A stretch of 21,060 nt of DNA from an uncultured bacterium (GTDB lineage Bacteria; CSSED10-310; CAZUFC01), in assembly GCA_964619725.1 (NCBI GenBank), contig CAZUFC010000069.1, positions 1-21,060 of the forward strand, given 5' to 3'. Position 1 is the stretch's first letter. Each line of letters begins with the position of its first letter. Below, in pieces: positions 1-7,361 of the stretch. The position numbers and the translations under genes are program-made. The notes below the pieces were generated by a model. It made no database searches. It saw nothing but the letters and a program-made list of their open reading frames with translations, and had not been told where the DNA came from.

Positions 1-180
1 GTTTCCATCAAATATAATGAAAACATGCACATCATTTATCGTGATCACTCTCATCCCAAAGCTAAACTTTTTCACATTATGAAAAACGGTGTAACCAAAT
101 ATATTGTATAAATTTTTTCGATTTATCTTAAAACTGCGTTTCTTCCAGACAATTTGTAATAGATTCAGGAGAATTGAAAT

Positions 181-2112
181 TCATAACATTTTATCCTTGA
201 TATCTTCGACTCTCCGGCCGGCGATGTTCTCATCGGGTCGCTCCTGCAGCACGATCAGATAACACCGCAGGGCTTCTTCGTAACGTTCCTGCCGGTAAAA
301 AACCGACCCCAGGTTGTTGTAATGTTCGTAGAATGCTCCGTCGCTTTCTTCAATCGCGCGGATGAACCTTTCGGCAGCCTGCTCCAGTTCGCCCCTGTAC
401 AAATGGAATAGCCCCAGATTATGGTCCTTGTTCGGAAACTCGTGTTTTTTCCATAATCCCGAAAGCCAGCGTTTCCAACCGATATCCCTGGGTATTTTTC
501 CGCCGCCCGGAAGTTCTCCGATATTTACAGCCAACGGTGAAACCGTTGTTATGTCGGTTGTTTTCTGAATTTGTTCCCCGGCCTTATGAAAAATGGCGGC
601 AAGCCCGTCCGCATAACTCAATTGCCATGCCTCTGAATTCGACAGATATTGAAGGAACTTCGGCATTCCCCTGTAGGGAAAAATCGTCCATCCTATCCCG
701 TAATGCTCGACGCAGGACTCGAATACGGCCGGAATAGTCATCGCCTTTTCATAAGCTTCATAAAATTCTTCGCCTATCACTTCAAGCCTGCCGTCGATAA
801 AAACAGGCTGCTTCAACGACCACATAAGATAACCGCCGAAATTAAGATGATTCAGCATGGGCGGATTCAATTCTTTATTTTTTATGAATTCCGCGGCATG
901 CACAGGCAACTGATTGTCGTTCCAGCTCCATCCGAATCGGTCACCCCGGCGACTTTTCACGTAATAGGCGTCATTGTAGATTCTAAGACCAAGCCCTATA
1001 ACGAAAAAGGCTATAATCCCCAGAAGCGTATATTGGATAAAAACCGCCCGGCGCCTCTTCATAAGACTCCTCAATGACGATCCTGCCGGCATGGCCCAGG
1101 CTATTACGGGAACGCCTGTGAAAATCAACAGGGGAATATTGCGGATGACCCTCAGCGCCGGTATGGCGAATACCAGCCAGAGAAAAATCATTTCGTATTT
1201 TCGTTTTTTTGCCGCTTTCCACAATGACAGAAATGAAAGTACGGCAAACAGCCGAAATGAATACAGGGGCAACCTGGCGAAAAAGGGAAACTGGTCCGTT
1301 ATTTTTAAATCGAACGGGGAAACAAGTTCGCTTATGGTTTGAGCGAAAATGTTTTCACGGTGAAAACGGGTCAGTAAAGTGAAAGGAAATATGACGCCTT
1401 TTATGCCGTAGGGATTTATTATCGTTACCGATGCGGAGACTGCCGAATAAAGAAGGAGCTTCGTATCCACCTTTTTGTTCCTGAGGCTTATACCCGCAAG
1501 AAAACAAGCCATGGCGCCCCAGCCCAGGACGAACAGCGCATGCGTATTCGCCCATAAAAGTTGTATCACGGGCAATGTCCATAATAAGTTTTTCCTCTTT
1601 TCTGCATAGCTGTACAAAACGAAAAGCGTTATCGACAAATATAGATAAGAGGACAATTCCGGCCGCACGTTGAATCTCGTTTCGCAGGAGCATATACCCA
1701 AAAGCAAAACGGCAATCACGGAAAGCGGATCGGCCTTCAGCAGTTTGGCGGTTCGAAATAAAAAGAAAAAAGCGATCTGGAGAAAAATCAGGTTCAGAAC
1801 GACCATTCCCGGCGGTCCTGCCAGTCGGAAAGCCGCGGTCAGGATGACTTGGTATCCCCAGGAAGTATCCACGTAAGGTCTGTGGTTGACCGTATAGGTG
1901 AAGGGATCATTTTGCGGCCAGCCTTTGCCCGATAATATATAATCACCGCCCCTCAAATGGAAACCGCTGTCGAGGCTGCTGACCCGTCGAATCGTAAAAA
2001 CCGCGCTCAAAATAAAAACAAGCGTCAGGACTAACAAAACAAATCTGTCGTCAAATTTCAGCGTCGGAACAGAGGCTTGCTTTAGCTGCTCCTTACGTTT
2101 GTTCTCTTTCAT
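181..2112 (-). CDS. Polytopic inner-membrane protein (possible GT-C-fold glycosyltransferase) with C-terminal TPR repeats
   Basis: 643 aa ORF with an AAGGAGG RBS upstream. Roughly 10-12 hydrophobic segments; first loop DSGFHLRGG...DPFTYT...SWGYQV; motifs VRPEL, LWANTH, INPYG, NFGGYLMW...VFIDGR; two TPR-like repeats near the C-terminus (HNLGLFHLYRGELEQAAERF, YNNLGSVFYRQERYEEALRCY). Confidence 0.75.
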   Translation of the reverse strand: MKENKRKEQLKQASVPTLKFDDRFVLLVLTLVFILSAVFTIRRVSSLDSGFHLRGGDYILSGKGWPQNDPFTYTVNHRPYVDTSWGYQVILTAAFRLAGPPGMVVLNLIFLQIAFFFLFRTAKLLKADPLSVIAVLLLGICSCETRFNVRPELSSYLYLSITLFVLYSYAEKRKNLLWTLPVIQLLWANTHALFVLGWGAMACFLAGISLRNKKVDTKLLLYSAVSASVTIINPYGIKGVIFPFTLLTRFHRENIFAQTISELVSPFDLKITDQFPFFARLPLYSFRLFAVLSFLSLWKAAKKRKYEMIFLWLVFAIPALRVIRNIPLLIFTGVPVIAWAMPAGSSLRSLMKRRRAVFIQYTLLGIIAFFVIGLGLRIYNDAYYVKSRRGDRFGWSWNDNQLPVHAAEFIKNKELNPPMLNHLNFGGYLMWSLKQPVFIDGRLEVIGEEFYEAYEKAMTIPAVFESCVEHYGIGWTIFPYRGMPKFLQYLSNSEAWQLSYADGLAAIFHKAGEQIQKTTDITTVSPLAVNIGELPGGGKIPRDIGWKRWLSGLWKKHEFPNKDHNLGLFHLYRGELEQAAERFIRAIEESDGAFYEHYNNLGSVFYRQERYEEALRCYLIVLQERPDENIAGRRVEDIKDKML

Positions 2113-2316
2113 GCCCCTCCTTCTGACGATAAAAATAATTGCCGCTGAATGACCAATTGATGACTCAGCTCTTAAACAGATTCCGATTACTCAAAAAGTC
2201 CTTGAATTGACGGAACGCTCCCCAAAATTGAGGATTCCTGAACGACCGGCGCCGGTGCAACCGGAACGTCCCTTATGCTTTCCACTGCTTGAAAGACAAG
2301 AAAAAAACTCCCGTAA

Positions 2317-2679
2317 TCACCTGGCGAAAGGTATATCCTCGTCCTTCTCAAAGCCTCGCTTTTCTTCGAAGACCGCGTTTTTCGTCTTCGCTTTCCTTAA
2401 ATTAGCGCCTTTTAAAACAGCATCACGAAGGTCCGCTTCGCTCAAATCCGCTCCTTCCAGATTAGCCCCCGTGAGGTTAGCCCTTCGTAAATCAGCGCCG
2501 GAAAGGTCCGCTCGTTTCAAGTTGGCTCCGGCCAGAACGGCTCCGCTTAAATTACACCTGTTCAGGTTCTTCCCTTGCAGATTGATCATTGGCAATTTAA
2601 TCCCCTGCAAATCCAGTTCGTTTAACGGCTCCCCCGCCTTCAGTTTCCTCATAAAATCATCTTTCGACAATGTGCTCAT
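2317..2679 (-). CDS. Pentapeptide repeat protein
   Basis: Tandem A(D/N)LXX units (ANLKR ADLSG ADLRR ANLTG ANLEG ADLSE ADLRD AVLKG ANLRK); AAGGAG RBS before the ATG. Confidence 0.92.
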   Translation of the reverse strand: MSTLSKDDFMRKLKAGEPLNELDLQGIKLPMINLQGKNLNRCNLSGAVLAGANLKRADLSGADLRRANLTGANLEGADLSEADLRDAVLKGANLRKAKTKNAVFEEKRGFEKDEDIPFAR

Positions 2680-2808
2680 TTTTTTTCTCCTTTTCCTGAC
2701 AGCTCCTCTTCAAATATTCTGAGGAAAATGCGTTCATCCGACGGATGCACCTTAACGCAATGCCGGAATATTCCCTCAAGGAAATTGAATCCTTTCCTTT
2801 CATAATGT

Positions 2809-2837
2809 ACATTAAGGAGCGCGGTCCGTTGTGTCAA
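2809..2837 (-). promoter_or_regulatory. Putative sigma70 promoter for the pentapeptide gene, with a palindrome over the -10
   Basis: Minus strand TTGACA (2837-2832), 17 bp spacer, TAATGT (2814-2809). The perfect palindrome TAATGTACATTA at 2803-2814 overlaps the -10. Confidence 0.6.
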
Positions 2838-3027
2838 GATTTCACGATCTGAAACCGCACGATTGAAAGCGAGTGATTAAAAATGAACTGCAGCCGCTGC
2901 AAATCCTCCATGAAAGAAATGAAACGCAGCTTTCATAAAAAACGAAAATGGATTTGCCCTCGTTGCGGTAAAGTAACCATGCAAAAAATCGTAAAAAACA
3001 AAAAATACAAAAAGTTATAATCCCCCA

Positions 3028-3267
3028 ATGAAAAAAATTCGGGTCAACGTTAAATCCTATAGCGGACACAGGTTGTGCGAATCCCCCAGAAGCATAGAAT
3101 TCGACGGAAAAACGCTCCGCATCGCTTCGATCCTCTCGGTAAAAAGAAAACTGATCAAACCGAGTAATGAAATCGTCAATGAATTCGTGGCGCTCTGCGA
3201 AGACGGAAAGATATACCGAATCGAGAATCTGACGGATACGAACGCCTGGAGAATGGAGATAGAATAA
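3028..3267 (+). CDS. Small conserved hypothetical beta-rich protein (DUF6504-like)
   Basis: 79 aa. The pattern V.SYSG.R..E.PR...FDG....I..I ... F....EDG..Y.I......NAW resembles a family of small cytoplasmic proteins; family assignment is from memory. Confidence 0.65.
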   Translation: MKKIRVNVKSYSGHRLCESPRSIEFDGKTLRIASILSVKRKLIKPSNEIVNEFVALCEDGKIYRIENLTDTNAWRMEIE

Positions 3268-3340
3268 TCCAATAAAGTTCCGCCGACGAAAATGACGCCA
3301 TCCTCGCCGGCGGACCTTGTTCTTTTGTTACGAACCGCTC

Positions 3341-3796
3341 CTATTTTACCTTCTGCACAGGCTTCGACCGGCCTTCCAGTTTGTCCAATCTCCCAGACAT
3401 CGCTTTGCGCGTTTTATCGTCGCGTATCCTCACTATCGTTTTGCTCCGACAACGTTCGATAAACAGGTTGGCGGATTTGAAATCCTTGTTGTCCAGGGCA
3501 GCATCAATAATGTCCATTTGCAGGTCCGCTACCTTTTTCGGCATGCCATCATCCGAAAAGTCTACTCTTTCGGTAGCCTGATAAGCCAGATGCATCATTT
3601 TTTTAGCGCAATCCTGATGACCGAGCCCGATTAATTCTCTTACATAATCATAACCGGCATTTGCTCGTTCATACTCCGAAATTTTCGAGCTTCGCTGAAA
3701 ACCTTTTCCGGCCCTGGGAGGCCTTTGAGCCGCCGTTATACCCGCAAAAACGATTATCAGCAAGATGCTCAGACATACGGTTAAATTTCGCTTCAT
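3341..3796 (-). CDS. Hypothetical exported protein, predicted all-alpha
   Basis: GGAGG RBS upstream of the ATG; Sec-type signal peptide (MKRNLTVCLSILLIIVFAGITAA-Q); helical amphipathic mature region. Confidence 0.75.
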   Translation of the reverse strand: MKRNLTVCLSILLIIVFAGITAAQRPPRAGKGFQRSSKISEYERANAGYDYVRELIGLGHQDCAKKMMHLAYQATERVDFSDDGMPKKVADLQMDIIDAALDNKDFKSANLFIERCRSKTIVRIRDDKTRKAMSGRLDKLEGRSKPVQKVK

Positions 3797-3885
3797 CTGA
3801 TATCCTCCTTTCAGGACTAATTGAGCGAGATATCACTTCTCCTGACGCTTCATAAAAGCGCCTTTCAATTTCTTCTTTCCGGGAT

Positions 3886-3917
3886 AAAAAAAAGGCGTTT
3901 CCAGATATGAAAACGCC
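3886..3917 (-). terminator. Rho-independent terminator downstream of the cytochrome c3 gene
   Basis: Minus strand GGCGTTTT-CATATCTG-GAAACGCC stem-loop followed by T8. Confidence 0.8.
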
Positions 3918-3998
3918 GTGAATTCTATCCCGTATAACTTCTATTGGACGCCTTAAACGCTTTCGTTTCTCACTCACAAAAGGCGCCGATGACAGACG

Positions 3999-4394
3999 TT
4001 ACTTTACGTGACATTCCTTGCATTTTGCAGGCGCCTTTTTGCCTTCTTTAGCGGCGTCCTTGTGGCAATCCATGCAAAGCTTGTGATAAGCGTCCTTGGG
4101 TGGTACCTTATCATCCTTAGAATGACAGCCTGCAGTTTTACATCCTTTCGGCGTTTCTGATTCGTCTTTCATCATATGATGGCATTTCTTGCAGGCGATT
4201 TTTTCTGTTTTGGCATGCTGGTCATGGTCGAAAGTCACTTTACCGAGCTTGCTGTCATATTCGAAAACTTTGCCTTCAACGGACGATTCTGTTTTTTCGC
4301 ACGGTTTTTCAGCTTTTTCCGCTTCATCTCCGGCAAAAAGAACCACGCCGAAAACGATAAGAACAAGCGGTACCAGGAAGATTAGTTTTTTCAT
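3999..4394 (-). CDS. Tetraheme class III cytochrome c (cytochrome c3 family), periplasmic
   Basis: Likely start is the ATG at 4394 (MKKLIFLV..., GGAGG RBS), followed by a signal peptide. Distal His pair VTFDHDQH; heme motifs CKKCHH, CKTAGCH, (YH)KLCMDCH, CKECH; 8 His, enough for four bis-His hemes. Confidence 0.93.
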   Translation of the reverse strand: MKKLIFLVPLVLIVFGVVLFAGDEAEKAEKPCEKTESSVEGKVFEYDSKLGKVTFDHDQHAKTEKIACKKCHHMMKDESETPKGCKTAGCHSKDDKVPPKDAYHKLCMDCHKDAAKEGKKAPAKCKECHVK

Positions 4395-4488
4395 CTCAGC
4401 CTCCTTTTTCCATTCAGATAAAAATGATTCCACGGTTATTTGCCCGAAGGCGCAATTGTTTCAAGCCCTCTGCACTTCTTCTCATCAT

Positions 4489-4517
4489 ATAATAATAGAA
4501 GAAAAAAGATTTGTCCA
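4489..4517 (-). promoter_or_regulatory. Putative sigma70 promoter for the cytochrome c3 gene
   Basis: Minus strand TGGACA (4517-4512), 17 bp spacer, TATTAT (4494-4489). Confidence 0.5.
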
Positions 4518-4551
4518 CACTTTTATCCGTTAAAAGCGATAAGCGGACGGG

Positions 4552-4581
4552 TTGACAAGGATAAAATGCTACTGTTACTTT
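4552..4581 (+). promoter_or_regulatory. Putative promoter for the glycosyltransferase pair
   Basis: TTGACA at 4552-4557, 18 bp spacer ending in TG-n, then TACTTT at 4576-4581 (extended -10-like). Divergent from the cytochrome promoter. Confidence 0.4.
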
Positions 4582-4713
4582 TATTTCCGCGGAAATTACC
4601 CGTAAATTCTGCCTATGATCAAGGATTCCGGTCATCAGGCGCTATCGGGCTGACCGCGGGAACTGCGGGGAACTTCCAGTCAATACCGGCTGAACGATGA
4701 TGGGGAATTATTA

Positions 4714-7332
4714 ATGAAAATAGCCATGGTCAGTTACATGGATTTCAGCGGACCCGGTTCGACGCATATGTACCATTTTGCCGGAGAACTATCATCCATG
4801 GGACACGACCTGTTTCTGACGGTTTACGGCGATCCCCAAAGCGTCGAGCTGATGCATAAGGCTCCGGAATTTCCGGTAAGAAAAGTCGAATTCGACGATC
4901 TTTTTATGAAACGATCTCTTGTGCGGGAATTGTCGGAATTCAGACCACAAATCGTCCATCTATGGACTCCGCGCAATGTTCCCTCCAGGGTCGGCCTGGA
5001 ACTGAAATACCGGTTCGGGACGCGAATCGTCATTCATTATGAAGATGATGAAGATTATCTGGTCCGTTATTACGGCGAGGGACATTTTGAAACGTTTGAA
5101 GATATGTTGAAGGACCTGCGCGATCCGGGAAACTGGCCGTGGAAAGTACCTGTTTTTTCTACGCTGGCGAACAGGTATGCGGACTGTTTTACGGCCATTT
5201 GTCCGGCTTTTATCGAACGTCTGAAGCGTCAATGGGGCAAAGAAGCGCACCTGCTTTATCCCGGAGTGGATACGGACCGGTTCAGCCCTGACGCCGAACC
5301 GACGAAGTCTTCGCTGCCTTTCGAAACTGAGGGGCGTCGTTTGCTGCTCTATTCAGGCTCTATCGGCGCTGTGCATGAATTTCCTCAATTGCTTCAAACC
5401 GTTCACATCCTAAAGAAAAAAAGACCGGAGGTATTGCTGCTGCATATCGGCCGGAACTTGATCCGGGATGAAACGGATCGTTTGATCCGGGAGCTTGATC
5501 TGCAGAATAACGTTATTTTTCTGGGTCCTGTAGAACACCGCAAGATTCATGCCTATCTGGCGCTGGGTGAAATTCTGCTCCAATCCGGGCGCCCCGGAGA
5601 ATTCAATCGTTACCGTCTGCCTTCAAAATTACCGGAATATCTCGCCATGGGCAAACCCGTTGTATGTTTTCATGAAGGCATAGGCCGGGAATTCGCAGAC
5701 CGGAAACATGTTCTGAAGACGTATACCTCTGATCCTGAAGAAATGGCAGAAAAAATCGAGGAACTTCTGGATGATGCGACATTAAGAAAAACGTTGTCGG
5801 AAAATTCGCGAGCCAAAGCTGTGGAATTATTCAACTGGAGACGTAATGCCGGCGTATTGGCCAAGGTCTACAGGGATGTTCTGGACGGTAAATACAATGC
5901 GAATCGTTCAGGAATGATACGGAATACCGACCCCGTTACAGCTCCGCCCATCAGTTTTTCAAAACCGCGTCTTTCCGTCAGAACCATAAGCAAGATACTC
6001 ATCGTGGCCCCGGATATGCCCCCGTTTGAAGGAGCTGTGACCTCCGGTGCGGGATTGAGAGCCTGGTCTTTTCAAAAAAGTCTGGAAGAAGCGGGTTTCC
6101 ATACGCTTTTATCCGCCCCTGAACCAGCGGCTCGACATTACAAAAATATCCCATCAGAAATCAAGGAACTCATGTTCGACCCGCAGCATCTCGAAGAGAA
6201 AATCGCCAGAGTCGATCCCGACCTCGTTCTTTTCTGTCACTGGCCTATGCTGAATCTCTTGAAGGAAAAACCTCACCTGCCCACTGTCCTGGACCTGGCA
6301 GGACCTCATTTTTTGGAGCGGACTTACCTTCCCGGCATGAACGATTTTCAGCAGAACCGACTGGAAAAAATTAGAGCGCTCAGATCGGCCGATTATTTCA
6401 CCTGCGCAGGCGAAAAACAAAAAGCCTATTTCATAAGCTGGCTCATCGCCGCAGGTTTCGATCCCTCTCAAATAAACATCTCCGTCATCCCTATCTCCTT
6501 TCCTCCTGAATTGCCGTCGCATAAAGAAAAACTCGAAGAAATTACGGTGGTCTACTCGGGCATATTCCTGCCCTGGCAGGACCCCGCTAAATCGCTGCGC
6601 TCCCTGATACGCGTTATGATGCAGGAAAACAAAGGACGACTCCTGTTTTTCGGCGGTCTGCACCCGCACCATAACGTCGATCCGGGTATCTTCACTGAAT
6701 TTATCAAGGAACTCAAAGATTGTTCCCGTGTAGACCTTCGAAAGTCAATTCCATATAATGACCTCATTGAAATTCTTCCCAGGGCCCATGCCGCTGTCGA
6801 CCTCATGAGCCGCAATCTGGAAAGAGAAATCTCGTTCAACGTCCGAACCGTCATGTATCTCTGGTGCGGATTGCCCGTCATCTATAACGATTATTCTGAG
6901 CTGAGCCCTCGCATTCAGGATTACGATGCAGGATGGATACTTGACCCGGAGGATGAAAAAGGTCAGGAGAATGTTTTTCGCCGCGTGCTGAATGATGCCG
7001 AAGAACGACGGTCTAAATCGATCAACGCCGGATTGTTGGCCAAAAATGAACTTAACTGGCGTGAAACCATGAAGCCTTTGATTCGATATTGCAGGAATCC
7101 CCTGTTCGCAGAAACGAAAAAGACATGGAACGCTCAACTTGAAACAATTCCGGAAAATTCACATGACATGGCGAGATTGAAAAGTATGTTGCGTGAAAAG
7201 GAGCATCAATTGGACTTGAAAGAAAATCACATTCGGAATCTGGAACATTTCAGGAACAAAATAACGGATAATCCCTTTTACCGTCTTTATGTAAAATCTA
7301 AAACAATCAAACAGCGAATCAAACGACCTTGA
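4714..7332 (+). CDS. Two-domain GT-B (GT4-like) glycosyltransferase with a C-terminal coiled-coil tail
   Basis: Domain 1: MKIAMVS..., YPGVDTDRFSP, LLYSGSIG, PSKLPEYLAMGKPVV, FNWRRNA. Domain 2: KILIVAPD..., VVYSGIFLPWQDP, EREISFNVRTVMYLWCGLPVI, LNWRETMKPL. Tail: LKSMLREKEHQLDLKENHIRNLE...PFYRLY. Confidence 0.88.
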   Translation: MKIAMVSYMDFSGPGSTHMYHFAGELSSMGHDLFLTVYGDPQSVELMHKAPEFPVRKVEFDDLFMKRSLVRELSEFRPQIVHLWTPRNVPSRVGLELKYRFGTRIVIHYEDDEDYLVRYYGEGHFETFEDMLKDLRDPGNWPWKVPVFSTLANRYADCFTAICPAFIERLKRQWGKEAHLLYPGVDTDRFSPDAEPTKSSLPFETEGRRLLLYSGSIGAVHEFPQLLQTVHILKKKRPEVLLLHIGRNLIRDETDRLIRELDLQNNVIFLGPVEHRKIHAYLALGEILLQSGRPGEFNRYRLPSKLPEYLAMGKPVVCFHEGIGREFADRKHVLKTYTSDPEEMAEKIEELLDDATLRKTLSENSRAKAVELFNWRRNAGVLAKVYRDVLDGKYNANRSGMIRNTDPVTAPPISFSKPRLSVRTISKILIVAPDMPPFEGAVTSGAGLRAWSFQKSLEEAGFHTLLSAPEPAARHYKNIPSEIKELMFDPQHLEEKIARVDPDLVLFCHWPMLNLLKEKPHLPTVLDLAGPHFLERTYLPGMNDFQQNRLEKIRALRSADYFTCAGEKQKAYFISWLIAAGFDPSQINISVIPISFPPELPSHKEKLEEITVVYSGIFLPWQDPAKSLRSLIRVMMQENKGRLLFFGGLHPHHNVDPGIFTEFIKELKDCSRVDLRKSIPYNDLIEILPRAHAAVDLMSRNLEREISFNVRTVMYLWCGLPVIYNDYSELSPRIQDYDAGWILDPEDEKGQENVFRRVLNDAEERRSKSINAGLLAKNELNWRETMKPLIRYCRNPLFAETKKTWNAQLETIPENSHDMARLKSMLREKEHQLDLKENHIRNLEHFRNKITDNPFYRLYVKSKTIKQRIKRP

Positions 7333-7361
7333 TGCAACGCTGATCTTCATTCAATTCCATT

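Noticed and set aside
2113-2316. Known riboswitch in intergenic leaders (also checked by eye at 4620-4713 and 10806-11050)
   Set aside because: Only fragmentary resemblance to c-di-AMP or cobalamin consensus elements, with the required conserved blocks missing; an Rfam scan would settle it.
2317-2679. qnr or mfpA quinolone-resistance gene call
   Set aside because: Only 120 aa with generic A(D/N)LXX repeats; too short and lacking recognisable Qnr-specific features.
2207-2722. 171-aa plus-strand ORF
   Set aside because: Antisense shadow of the pentapeptide repeat gene; its periodicity mirrors the real protein.
4511-4519. TTGTCCACA as a DnaA box or replication origin
   Set aside because: Single imperfect copy with no box cluster or dnaA nearby; better explained as the -35 (TGGACA) of the cytochrome promoter.
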